A stretch of 64,000 nt of DNA from contig NC_133617.1 in NCBI RefSeq assembly GCF_048593235.1, positions 71,570,937-71,634,936 on the forward strand. Reading direction: 5' to 3'. Of the stretch, positions 37,292 to 51,791 are shown one piece after another (position 1 is the stretch's first letter; each line of letters begins with the position of its first letter). The notes under the pieces were generated by a model. That model was not told where the DNA came from. It searched no databases and saw only the letters and a list, made by a program, of their open reading frames with translations. Position numbers and translations under genes: made by a program. This DNA is from Sminthopsis crassicaudata. Its lineage: Eukaryota.

Positions 37292-38644
37292 AAAGGCTTC
37301 GAAACTGGGAGTGGAGGAGAGGTCTCTCTGCTGCCCCTTTAGCTTCCCTTGGGCAGGGGCGGGCCTGCTGGGAGCAGTGTGCTCTGGGACTGCACAGCCA
37401 GCAGGGAAGGGAAAAAGTTGCTTTTGTTTTTTTTATGGAGGCAGAAATGAGGAAGCAGGGCATAAAAGCTATAGCAGTGTGGAGGTATCCTACACTCCCT
37501 TCTCTCCCATCTCCATCACAAGACTATGACCTTAGGTGCAAAAAGTGAATCCCCTCCCTCAACCCTAACCCCAACAAATCCAGGAAGGGAGGGATGGGGC
37601 ACTTGGGAGAGACAAAACCCCAACCTCAGAGACTGCTCCCCCTCTCCCTTTTCCCCACTTTAGTCCCAGAGCACAGAGAAGAAGCACTGGTGGCTAGAGA
37701 AGAACTCAGAGTTTAGGGTCACTAAGGTGACTGGAATTGAGGGACTCTGGAGGGGAATAAGGTGAAGTACCCAGCCTGGCTGGGAGGGTAGGGGAGACTA
37801 TCAGGGTTGGGTAGGAACTGCCCCTTCAAAGGACCTTGCAACGGGAAGAAAATGAGAAACGTGGCTGACAATCCAATGCCACCCCACCAGGTCAGATTCA
37901 CCGCTTCCTTTCTTCATCCTGCTGTCTAAAGAGGGCTGTAGTCTTAGAACAGTCAGAAGAGGCTCCCATGGGCTGAAACTGCCTTCCCTGTACCCCAATC
38001 CCAGCCCCAAGAATGTCCAGATACCTAGGGTCCATCACTAGGAATATTACCCATTATTGGCTTCTGAGATGTCTAGGGCTCCACCCTGGCAAGCACCGAG
38101 ATTCCCTGTAATTCTTAGATACCAAGAACACTCAGTTGCCGGTGTCCTGCCTTCCTCCCCATGTCCCCTTCCCCCATTCTCAGGTCTCAGAAACATGGAC
38201 TTTCTCATTGGCTGGAATCACACTGTCCCAACCACCATTCCAATTCTGAGACATGGAGGCCCTCAAGATACAGTAAGAGGTCGAAGGTTATTTCTATGAA
38301 CTTTTTGTCTAGAAAGAGGAACTTCTGCCCCCCCCCCAGACCTTGGGACAATGGAGGGTCTCCCCTCTCAGCTTTCCCAGTCCTAAATTTCCCCAGATCT
38401 GGCGATGAAGACTCTTCTGGGGCCCATCCAGCTAGACGGGGTACCCACTCTGACCTGGACTTTCCTTAAATTCTCTATCTATCCCCATCCCCAGGTGGGA
38501 TTGACTAGTGGGGACATACACACCATACACCCACACACACTCATTCATACACAGGCACACGGGAGACACAAAGACAAGGCCTGAGAACATCTGACTCCAG
38601 GGGGTTTCTGGGGCCAGAAATTCTCAGGATCTAGGAACCTGAGC

Positions 38645-41600
38645 TCACAGCAGGTGGTCCCGGCTGGCAAACAGGTAGGGGCTGAAGCTGTCCCGATGGA
38701 AGGGGGAGGGATAGAGTCCACTGAGGGTGTATAGGTCCCGCAGCAGAGGAGTGGGCAGCAGCAACTTTCGGCCCCGGCCACCCCCACCTCCGCCCCCACC
38801 GGCCACAGATGGTCCAGGGGATGGTGGAGGGCCCTGGCTGGGCCCAGGGGTCATGGCAGGCAATGTCGGCTCAGACCTCACTCGAGCGCGGGGAACACGA
38901 GGGGAAGAACACATCGGGGGGGCCCGGGAAGACACACAGCTGGGGATCAGGTGGCCCCGACGGGTACAGCTCTGCAACTCTGGGAAAACAGGCAAGTGCA
39001 AGGCTGGGGTGGGAATCTCCAAAGCACAGAAGGCTTAGGGAGCAGGGAATAGGGCTGGGGCTGGCAGCCACTCATAGAAAGAGCTCTAGAGATGAGAGGG
39101 AGGGGGATGGTACTTTTCCAGGCTGTTTTCTGACAATAATCCTGAACCTATTCAGATTTTAAGCTGGAAAGTATTTTAGGGACCATCCAGAGTGATTCCC
39201 AAGTCAGTGCCCTTTCCACTCCATCATTTGAGCCAGTGGAGGCTAAAAAAGGGGGGCACAGAGAAGGAGGGAGGCTGGTTGGAGGGGGTTGGTCCCAGGG
39301 AGCAGTTAGGGGGACCATATCAGCTGGGTGTGTCGGGTAGGTTCTGGGGGAGGGGAAGAGCAGTTCACTCACTGGGTGGGGTGAGTCGGGCAGGCTGCAG
39401 CGGGGGTGCAGTGGTCTTGGGCTCCTGAGACAGACAGGCAGAGGGAGCGGGCTAGTGGCCCGGCTGGCCCCAGCCTTGGCCCCTGGCCCTGTCCCGGCGG
39501 CTCCTGTTTCTGTTCCTGAGCTGACTGAGGGCCCCCCCCGCAGTTAGGGTGGACACCAGGAGGGCAATAATGAAGGGGGTAGAATGGGAAAGGAGGGGGC
39601 ACATGGAAGAGAAAGAGTTTCCAGCATTAACCATACTTCCCCCCCCCCTTACCATCCTTTTCAAGGATGGGATCCCAAGTTAGAGGTCACTGGTCATGAT
39701 CTCCAAATGGGAGCAGGGATGGGAGTGGGCAAGCAAAAGGCCTTAGAAATCAGTCTAACCCCTTCATTTTACTGATAGGGAAACCGAGGCCTGATGAGAT
39801 GAAGTAATTTGCCTCTGGTCAAACAGTTAATAAATAACAAAGCCAGGATTTGAGTCTGGGACCTCTGACTCTCTCTCCACTATACTATGGCTGTTCCTCC
39901 AACCATCTGCAGAACCCCCCTCCCCACTAGTCTTAGGAGGCTGTTTGGTTAGTACTTCCATAATATAGAAAACACCCCTTTACCAGAAGTAGTATACCTG
40001 GGCCCCCCTCCTCCTACCATGTTTGTGAATAACTGGGTGGAGTGGGCCCATCTCTATCCCCATCTCAAGCTTCCCTAATGTCACTTGGGGACCTCTACTC
40101 TCAAGATACTGTCTGCCTCTAGCTTGCCCTTCACCAGGCACCAGGGAAGAAGCCCAAGGTTCTAGTTCACCAGCTGGGTAGAGAAATCAGGAACTGAGAA
40201 ATGTGGGGGAGGCACAGTCAGCTGCCCCTTACCTGGACTGAATTTAACTTTTCAAGGGGGTTTTCAATGGCAGGTACTGTGCCCAGGCCCTCCCATCTGA
40301 ATGTGCGCTGGCTTAGAGGCACTCGACTCTGGAACTTGTTGACAACACAGGTGACCTGAGCAGGAATAAAGGGCGCCACCAATCTTTTACCCACCAGAGA
40401 CCAAAGCCTGGCATAGACCCAGAACTGAAAATGGGAAAGGGGGGGATCCTATCTCTGTCGCCAAGGCTGGATTTTCCCTCTCTTCTATGCAATCTACCCC
40501 TCTTCCCACTAGCATCCTACAGGGGAGGTCCAGGCCCAGCCCCACAAAGAGACTAACCAGGAAGGTGGCAATAGCTGCCCCAGTCAGGAATCCAGCGAGC
40601 ACATCCGACCAGTGGTTCCGGTACTCAGCCACTCGGACCACTCCCACCAGGAAGGCCGGGCAGAGCAGAGCCAGACAGAGGGAAGGTTTTACCAGCCTGG
40701 AGCCCTTTATCCTGAACACCAGGGTAACATACATCTGGAGGAGGAAAGGAAGAGATCACAGGGGCATTTTACAGGAAGAGGATCACGGGGGCATTTTACA
40801 GGACCCCTTGTTTTGGGATTGGAAAATTGAACCTAATTGAGGGGGCAGTCAGGGGAAGGACCACCCGGTTTCAAATTGGGCCCAAGTCTGGGTCTTTGCT
40901 CAGCTCTCTCGAGCTGCAGCTCAGACTCACCGCCGTGTAGGTGACTGCAAATGCGCACAGGGCCGCATCCTTGCAGGGGAAGGCACGTCGCGCAGCTGCA
41001 ACCAGGGCAGGGTTGCCGGCTGCACAGGCCCCTTGGTCTGTGACATACCGGTCCAGTCCAGGCTTGTCAGTGGCTGGTGGGGGGCAGCCCAGAGCTGTGT
41101 AATTGGGGTGGCAGACCGAGAGGAAGTGTGGAGTGGGATTCCCTGTCACTACTTGCCCGGCGTTGGCAAAGATGGATGTGGTGAAGAGGCCAAAGGAATA
41201 GACGCCTACAAGGGGAGGCAGAGAGGGAGATGAGTGTCCATTCGGGGCTGAGCAGTGGCTCCCCCTGCCCTGGAGCCCTTGCCTTGTCCTTCTTCCCCCA
41301 GACCCTTCAAACTAAGCCCCGCCTGCCCCCACCCGCTAAGTCCCAATAGAAGCCCGCACCCAGGAAGCGGACCAGTCTTCGGAGGGCTGGGCTGAACCGG
41401 CAGCAGTCCCCACACACAATGGTCTTCTCCCGCAAGGCTGGCACGGTGGAGGCTGGAGCCGGGAAGAAGGCCCTGGCAAGCTCTCCAAGGAGGATCTGGG
41501 AGGAGAAACCAAGGTTGGAATGGCAGCCCTACCTTAATCCTTCTCCTCCTCCTTCATAACCCCCATCCTCCGGAGCTTGGGAATTACCGTGATGGCTGGC

Positions 41601-42141
41601 CCCGCCGTGACCAGGGGGTAGATGAGAGCCGGCGGGACTCGGCTGGCGGCCTCCGGGCCCGGGTAGGGCTTGGCGTAAGTGCTGTCATAGCAGAAGAAGC
41701 CCTGCGTGTGCACTGGGAACGTGTCTGTGTATTCCAGGCGGTAGGCGAGAAGTACTACAGCACCCAGGAGCACTGACTGCCGGGCCGGGGCAGGGCGGGT
41801 GGCGGGACACAGGAACGGGATGGAGGGGAGAGAAACAAACAGCCGGGAAAGAGAGAGGGAGCTCCAGGTAAGGGGGGTTGGGAGGGGCCCGAGGAAGAAG
41901 GAACAGATGAAGGGACAAAGGCAGGAAAAGGAAGAGATGAGACAAAGAGAGAAGTTACAAGAACAGAGATGGAGAAGTTGCGACCCAGGAAGAGAAAACA
42001 GTCAAACTGAGAGCATCTTTTCTCTTCCAGAAACCTCTCCCCCAGACCCTCTGTGCTGCTCTGCATGGTCCTCACCTCCACAAAGATGAAGCAGGGGATT
42101 ATGGAGAAACTCCTCTTCAGGTCTGGCCGCCCACTCGCCAT
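38645..42141 (-). CDS. PLPPR2: Phospholipid phosphatase-related protein 2 (long isoform, 450 aa; catalytically degenerate)
   Basis: Exons 42141-42076, 41776-41588, 41495-41360, 41205-40931, 40734-40558, 40355-40233, 39424-39373, 38979-38645 (1353 nt, phases consistent). It starts MASGRPDLKRSFSIIPCF and ends FSPYLFASRDHLL. The C1 and C2 phosphatase motifs are degenerate (QVVTGNPTP, FPCKD) and C3 is retained (RVAEYRNHWSD). Confidence 0.96.
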
Positions 42142-42749
42142 GGCAGGATCGGGATGGGGGTAGAAGTGGCGGGGGGCCTGGGAGAGAGGCCCAGTCACAC
42201 AGGCCCTCAGACGTGCCCTTCAGTCAGCCTCTCATCCTGCAATCTCCTGGCACTGTAGACTCATCTTCTCCCTCACCCCAAACCTCTTAAGGTTTTACTG
42301 GGTCTGTTATGTCTAACCAGTCCAGCCACTGGCCCGCCTGCCTTGGTCTCTCTTATTCTTCTATTCCCTGGGAGAGAAGGGCATCCCTTGAAAGAACACT
42401 CCCCCCCCACTATCAGAAAGTGCCCCAGTAATCTAGCCCCCCTCTGAGGCTGTCTCAGAGATCACCCCCAGATTTAAAGGCCTGTGTTTGGAGAAGACTG
42501 CCGCTGGAAGCTGGAGGCAAAGCCCAGCTAGGGCCGGTTTCCCCTCAAATAACCCGAAAAGACTGGGAAGGGCTGGGCCATCTGGCTTGTTATTCCTTCC
42601 CAGCCTCCTCTTCCTCCAAGGGGCTGTGACCTGTCCATGCAAAGAGTCGGTAGGGCTAAAACATGCCAGCTCCCCTTCCCCCACAGCTCCAACCCTGCTA
42701 TACTGGTCGTTCTGGCACTGTGTGTGTGGGGGTAGCCTGAGAGAGTGGG

Positions 42750-43330
42750 CGAACCCTCGCACAGGCGTGCAGACACACACGGTGCCTCCCCCTCCCCCTC
42801 ACCTCTCCCCATCGTCACCCCGCGGTCCCAAGCTCCCTTCCCCCCACGACCCCAGAGCACAGTTCTCCATCTCCCGCCCCGCCCCGCGGAGAACCCCGTA
42901 TCACGGTCCAATCCCCATCCCCACCACCTGGGTCACGGCTGCTCCATGGCCCCGATCCACGTCCCTCGAAGGGGGAGGCCAGTCCCAGACCCAGCCGGCG
43001 GCCTTGGTTCCGATGTCCAGGTGGCGAGGGCCGAGCAGGGGACAGGCGGCGTCAGACGAGGCGGAGGACAGCCTCGCCCTGGCTCTCCAGGGGCCGGGCT
43101 TGGGCAGCCGAAGCCTCGGGAGCGGCGCCGGAGACAGCGGCAGGGACCCAGGGAGAGGATGGAGGGAGGATGGAGGGCGGTGGGAGCGCGCCAGGCGTGC
43201 GCCGGCTCATTAGCACCCGGCCGGCCCTGGGGCGGGGCATCCGTGAAAACGCTCCCTGCCCCCCCCAACTCCCCAAACTCCCACCTCCCCCTTAGCCCCC
43301 CCCTCCCCCCACCGGCCTCGGAATGCACAT
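42750..43330 (-). promoter_or_regulatory. PLPPR2 CpG island / non-coding first exon region
   Basis: High CpG/GC density with GC boxes, upstream of the acceptor at 42177 that opens the ATG-bearing exon. Confidence 0.6.
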
Positions 43331-43815
43331 CTGGCGGTCAGCACTCATCCAGGGCAGGAGACGGCCCCAGAATGGTCCCACTGGAGCAGCGATCATTTCC
43401 TTTTTCTCGGGGCATCCCCACCCAGCAGTCCCCGGCACACATCAGCTTAACAAACGCTTGCTGAATGAATGAACGGGAGCTCTGGCTCGGCCACTGCATG
43501 GGGGAGAGGAAGGGGGCAGGGGCCGTGGTTTTCCGGACTGAGACGGTTGTGCCCGGCGGGGTGGGGGTCCAGGTACAGATAAGGCTGCATCTCTTGGCTG
43601 TGTGAACAGTTTGAGCTCTGGGCCAGGGCTCCCCGAGCCTTGTTCTAACGTGACCAAGGTCACAGCCTCAAGCTCCCTTTAGCTCTGACTCCATCCTAAG
43701 GCTGGCCGCTGAGCCCAGACCAAGCGAATTACCCTTTCTAGAGCGAGGAAGAAGGGGCAGGGGCAGGCAAGGGCAGCATGAACTGAGACGGTGTTGGGGA
43801 AGGGGCCATTCCTAT

Positions 43816-43821
43816 TTTATT
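43816..43821 (-). terminator. CCDC159 poly(A) signal
   Basis: AATAAA on the minus strand about 330 bp past the stop codon. Confidence 0.55.
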
Positions 43822-44149
43822 TTCTCTCTTAGGGGATTTTGGGGGCTGAGGCCCCTTCAAGGAGGTCTCCCTTCCCTTGATCAGGCAGGTCCCAGCAGCT
43901 CAGCCTGTGGAGACAGAGATTTGTGAGGGGGAGGGTCAGCACCTCATCCTAACTACTCAGAGATGTAGGGTGCAATGGCAGGGGCTGGGGTAGAGGCCGG
44001 GGCAGGAAGGGTTTGGTGAGAACAAGGGTTGGGGTCAGAGGTCCTGAAGAAGCCACATCTAGGGCTGGGGGCCAGGGGGGGGGTGGTTCAGGGGTGGGAG
44101 TTTGTCAGGGTCCATACTGAAGGAGTCTTGCATGGGTCGGGGCTATCGG

Positions 44150-47100
44150 CTATGGACTGTGAGGTGGGTTGGCATCCGAATCCGAATCTGTTGCCCAGGC
44201 TGGTGGTGGCGGTGGAGTCACACATCGTCGTACCCTCCGGCCTGTGCCAGGGAATTCCAGAAGGGGTATTTGGAATGTAGTCTTGGGGGAAGGTATTTTT
44301 CTCTTCTCCAGAGTCTCTCCTCCCCCTGGGCACTCACTCCTGAGGACTCCACGGTGCTTCACTCCAGTCAGGGATAAACTTTCAATGGCATTCTGAAGAG
44401 TGTTCACGGCTGACCTAGTGGAGGAAAGGGCTGGAATAAGCACCCAGAATCTGGACAGGGTGAGTAGTAAGGTGTGAGACCCAGGTCATAATAGAGTTCC
44501 AACAATGGGCTCTTCATCACGTGACCTCCCAATATGTCTTAGGCTCACAAGAACGTTTTAGAGTTGGAAAAGTTCTTGGATATCATTTAGCCCAATTAAT
44601 TCCTTCCCCCCATTTTAGAAATGAGGAAATGAGACTTGGAGAGAGGGAGTAACTTGTCTTATTTAAGAGTTGGCATTAACTAGGGACTTGAAGGGGATCT
44701 GAAGGAATACAAGTCCTTGGAGACCTTATGAAAACCTGGGCTCAAGGAATGGATCTTGCCATCCTGAATTTCTTCCTTACCATATGTCATTCAGCTCCTC
44801 CTCCAACTCCTCCTGTCCCCACCAGTCCTTGGATTTACTTTCATCCTCAGATACCACCATGCCCCCTTGCTGTTTCATCTTTGTTAGGACCTGAGGATAG
44901 GGAAGTGGATAAGGGGCCAAGACAAGGCCCTTTCCTCACCTTCTCTCCCCCACAAACCTCAGAAATTCTCAGCTCAGCCCTCAGACTTGGCCCAGCTGGA
45001 GGTAGAAGGGAAATATCCCTAAATAAAGATTTATAGACATTCTGCTTTCTTCCTCCCTGGTCATCGTCCCTTCTCACCCCCAGAGCCACTTTTCCCTCAC
45101 CTTTCGACATTTCACCTGATTCTTCTGCATTTTCTTGATATTCACCAGGTTTTTGGTGATTTCTTCTTCTTGTGATTCTGAATAAAGGTATGGAGACGAA
45201 AAGAATGAAGGAGGATTCAGGAAATAGTAAGATTCTCCTCCCTCCATTGAGATCTTGAAGGTATAAGAAGAGAAAAACTGAACCAATATTAATTTCCATT
45301 CATTCCTCAGGGATGGAGGGGGGTCTGAAGATCTCTGTTCTCATCCCAGAAGCTAGAGCCCTCTGACAAAGGGGAGATGGGGATAAAGCGATGGAGGAAG
45401 GGGACAAAGGGGTGATAAGTGGGGGTGGGGAGACATACTGAGTTTCTGTTGGATGTAGGTCACCTCTTCCTGCAGCATTTCCAGCTCCTCCCATAGGAAC
45501 TTCTTGCTGGGGGTGGGGGGAGATTGGGGAGAGGGAATGAACGAACAATCACAGAGTTACCAACTCAACCTCCCACAACTTCCCCATCTCTTCTTCCTTC
45601 CTTAGCTCTCCTGTTCACTCTAAGGTCTCTCTATTCTNNNNNNNNNNNNNNNNNNNNNNNNNNNNNNNNNNNNNNNNNNNNNNNNNNNNNNNNNNNNNNN
45701 NNNNNNNNNNNNNNNNNNNNNNNNNNNNNNNNNNNNNNNNNNNNNNNNNNNNNNNNNNNNNNNNNNNNNNNNNNNNNNNNNNNNNNNNNNNNNNNNNNNN
45801 NNNNNNNNACACCTTTCCCGAATCTCCTGGCCCAGCTGTAGTAGAGAACGGGTGGTACGGCCCCGCTGGACCTCCTCACTCCCCCGAAGATTTTCCTTCA
45901 CCTCCTGCAAGCCCCGAGCCAGTGCCCGCCAGAGCTCCTGCCTCCCTAATTCTGCCCCTCGTCTCATGAGGTCATCCTGGGTTGGACAGCAAGACAGGCT
46001 CATCACTTCTGCCAAAAGAAGAATGGAGAGTGTGATAATTGATCTTAGCCTGACCCTTACCTCCTGACCATGGCCTCCTCTCCGACTCTCCTTCTATAAA
46101 GCCCTCCAGGAAGAAAGGGGATCACCCTGTGAAGTTCCCTTAAATCCCACACCTACTTTATGAGGGGATGGGTATGAAGCCCTGGAAACCCCTCCCCATC
46201 CTACAAATCTTCAAGATTTGACTCCTCAGACCCAACCTCACCTTCTAGCGCCTGAATTTTAACCCTCTGATGGCTGCTTTCTTTCTCCAGAAGGGTCACA
46301 GAGTGGTTCAAGAACTCAAAGGCCTAGAAACAGGAAGGGTCCGAAAGCAGGATCAGAAGTTTTAGGGTCAACATCAGAAAGGATAAAAGGGAAGGAGATG
46401 TGCTGCTCACCTTGGTCTGGGCTAGAAGCTGACTTTTCAGACAATCCAAGTCTATCCTTAAGAGCTTTTGTGTGTCAGGAATCATGATGGTGGACACCTT
46501 GCCTGGGGGATCGGAGATCACAGTGCCTATTTTCCATCTCATCCCATCAGGCAAGTTAAGTTCTGGAAAAGGAGAGAGCAATCTGAATTTCCCTATTCCA
46601 CAGAAAAAAAAAAAGCCCTTGCTTCCCCCAGTTCCTTGGACTATTGACCTCATCCTCCCTACTCCATTGGTCCCAGGTTACCTTACCTTGGGCCTTAGAA
46701 TTGTCAGTCTCCAAGTTCCTCTGAGGACCAGCATGGTAGATCATGGGGGAAAAGGGTAGAGCGCATATTAGACCGTGGGCCCAACTACTTCCCAAGGCTC
46801 AACAACCTCTAGGGCCCAACTTTATCCCAATTTGAATTTCTCCTCCCCCCCTAAATCCTGTAAGGTCTCCTCATTCATTCATCACAGGAGGGAAACTGAG
46901 GCATGGGGGCAGAGAAACTAGGCTGCACTTGAAGAAGCCCGTGAGCCATTTATTGGTGTACATATGTGGGCACCCATTGGACTTATCCACACATGCATCT
47001 ACCTGGTCACTGGCTTCCATTGGGGGCCTGGGGTTCGGGCTCAGGCTCCTACTCCGACTCCGGTTTCTGTTCCCATTCCCATTCCCATTCCGGCTCCTGG

Positions 47101-48590
47101 TCGCATTCCCCTTTGAACTGCCATTCAGCTTCTGGTTTGAGGAAACAGTCTCCTCAGAGATCAGCCACTTCTGCAGGGTCGGGACGACATAATCACATCA
47201 CAGACCATCCCAGCAGCCCCAGTCCTCCAACCCTACGAAAGGGAGGATTTTGCAGGGGTGGGGATGGGCCTTTCCCAAAACAGATCAAAGGCCTTTCCCT
47301 TCTGTAACAGTAACTAAGTCCTAGGAAACTGATTGAGGTTCACAGAGTTCCCGGGCTCAGTCAGGTTCAAATAGCTACTTTGTGGCTCTAAGAGCCCGAT
47401 TCTCACCTACTGAATCACTGCTTCTAAACTAACAGCTTTCACTTCTATAGCAGCGTAAGGGCACAGACGCTTTCTCACAACCTTCTTCAAGGCTGGGCCG
47501 CATCTCCAGCAGCCCATGTTACAGAGAAAGAAACCCAACGAGCCGAGTTACCACGGACCGACCCTCTGGATGTCATCTTAGAGCTGGGATGTGAATCAAG
47601 CTGTCCCCCCACTACACTACGTGACACAGAAAGGTGGGACTCTGAGAGCGCAAAGGGATGACCTTGAAACTGAGATGTCCATCCTTCAGGGAGTCCTTCT
47701 TATCATTTTTCAGCTTCTGGGAATCTGAGTTGATGTTATGAACCACACCTGTCATTGTATATAACACAGGGTTTATCAATGACTCTTCAGGAATCACTAC
47801 CCCCCACCCTTAAGTCAAAATCAACTCAATGAAGGGGCCCTCATCACTCTTCAAGAGTTACTGGGAGAGGTCGGGCTCCTTCTTTCCAAGCCGCCAGGAC
47901 CTCGCCCATTCCAGGCCACGCTCCCCGTTCATTCCCAAAGCCCTGCCCAGGACACTGCAGCGAGATGCTGGGCCCCCAGATCCCCCAGCTGCGCCCCCCA
48001 CTTACCCAAACCCCAAGGCTTCTGAGAGGGAAAGCCAACAACGCCCAGCTTGTCAGGCTTGGAATGAATCTGCAGTGCACATTCCCTTGAGGAGGATGAG
48101 CATGGAGAGTGACTGGACACTCCAGAGTTGTCAGGATCCCGAGGAATTCCAGCCAGGACACAGTCACTTGGGTGGAGGAGGAGAAGACTCAGTGGTGGGT
48201 AAGGGGGACGGAGGAGGCGCCCCCCACCTGCTCCGCCACCTCTTCCCATCCCCCCCCAGCCCTAGACAGTTGTCCACATCTGGAAGCACCCCTGGAACCC
48301 ACAACAGGAATTCTGTCCCCTCCCGCTCTTCCCCGCCCCCTCCCGACCCAGCCATTAAGATGGAACTCCATCCTAGGGATGCCAAGGCCAGATGTTTGCA
48401 CCTGGGAGAGAACATCTGGAGGGGAGTCGGGTCCATAGAGTCCTCATTGCGTGGCCCCTGCTGGGGGGGGAGTTGGGGGTAAGGCAAAACTGCCCTGGGT
48501 TCCTCCTGCTGGGGGCCTAGAACACAGCAGGCACTCAATAAATATTCACAGAATTGAAATACCTACCAGTTGCTCATACTCTAAGCCCAT
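44150..48590 (-). CDS. CCDC159: Coiled-coil domain-containing protein 159 (283 aa core model; 441 aa with four extra exons)
   Basis: Core exons 48590-48567 (MGLEYEQL), 46720-46687, 46502-46411, 46323-46242 (AFEFLNHSVT), 46008-45813, 45506-45439 (KKFLWEELE), 45177-45101 (NLVNIKKMQKNQVKCRK), 44890-44781, 44414-44338, 44241-44150. Phases are consistent. The extra exons are less certain (see findings). Confidence 0.88.
45638..45808. other. Assembly gap (171 N) inside a CCDC159 intron
   Basis: Run of N. The flanking exons are phase-compatible, so no hidden exon is required. Confidence 0.99.
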
Positions 48591-48599
48591 CAGGGACCA

Positions 48600-49060
48600 C
48601 GAAAAAAGTCCCTTGCTGGAGCGATGAAATTTGATCCAGTGGAGACACCATACAGAGCTAAGGTAGGGGTAGACTCTGGTAGAGTCAAGAGTCACAGAGG
48701 AGGGGCGGAGCCTTTGTGTGTAGCTCTACCCCCACGGAGGCGATTCCGAAATCCTATTGGTTGTGTTCTTCATCAGTGGCTGAGGCGAAAAGTGATTGGA
48801 TCATCCCTGAGTCGTAGAAGAGATAAGAGGAGGGGCCGTGGGGTAGGAAACAAGGTGGGTGGGTCTTATGGAGATATTCTTCTTACTGATTGGTCAAAAA
48901 ACAAAGGGGTGGGGTAAACGCTGCAGAGTTCGCGATGAGACTGGTCCGAAGCTTGGCGAGGAGGCGGGACAGGAATGCTTGGGCTGAAGCATTAAGGTGG
49001 TGGGGCAGGAAGGGCTGCTGCTGCTGAGGCTCGGGGTCCGGGGCAGGAGCGGAGCTCAGG
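48600..49060. promoter_or_regulatory. Bidirectional CCDC159/TMEM205 promoter
   Basis: The ATGs are only 800 bp apart, head-to-head. ATTGG (CCAAT) boxes at 48756, 48795 and 48889; GC box near 48703; CpG-rich. Confidence 0.75.
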
Positions 49061-49389
49061 TACCGCCTGTCCCGGGACGGGGCGCCCCTCGTGGGGGAGG
49101 TGGGGAACATAGAATACAGAACCTGGCTCCGAGCAGCCCGGGACGTCCCAGGTCCCCCTGCACGCGCACAGCTGGGGAGGGGTCCCGGGACCCCGGCCCG
49201 GGAGATCTCTCCTTGCGCCGGCCCCGCCGCCGGCCCGGCCTTTTCTCTTCCCTCTGTCGGCGCAGGGAACCGGGCCTCGGCTTCTTCCTCCCGGGGACCC
49301 CGGCTCTCTCCTTGGAAGAGGGGGCGCGCCGGACTCTGAGCCCAGTTCTTTCTTCTCCCTGTCCCCCAGGTGCGGAGCCGGGCTGCGGG

Positions 49390-51458
<2,069 letters not shown>

Positions 51459-51785
51459 GAAGTAGAACCTTTTCTCACTGCCCAGAGGAGGGGTTCCAGC
51501 TCCCTGTGGGCCCAGATCTAACCCACAGAGACCACATTCACTTGGACTCTGCTCAGCTGACTCTGTGGATCAAGCAGCCAAGAAAGAGGAGGTCTTGCCT
51601 CCTCCCTTATCCTCTGTCCTTCCAGGGCCATGGCTTCAAATTCCTGTCATGCTGCTATTTGCCTTTTCTGATTCAGGACACTCTACTTCTTTCCCCTGGC
51701 TGTTCCAGGTGTTGGATGTGGCACTTGTTACCTGGGCCAGAATGGGAGACTTTCTGCAACTGTGATTCTGTATCATGTATTTCCT

Positions 51786-51791
51786 ATTAAA
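51786..51791 (+). terminator. TMEM205 poly(A) signal (ATTAAA)
   Basis: Variant hexamer about 330 bp after the stop codon. Confidence 0.5.

Noticed and set aside
42488-43464. 241-aa and 239-aa + strand ORFs
   Set aside because: They are Pro/Gly/Arg-rich shadow ORFs of the PLPPR2 CpG island.
47552-47600. Additional CCDC159 exon candidate with a GTAACT donor
   Set aside because: It would need a 62-nt intron and a purine-rich acceptor, and it breaks the phase chain.
48781-48799. ER-stress element (CCAAT-N9-CCACG) in the TMEM205 promoter
   Set aside because: The best match is CCAAT-N9-CCTCA, which lacks the CCACG half.
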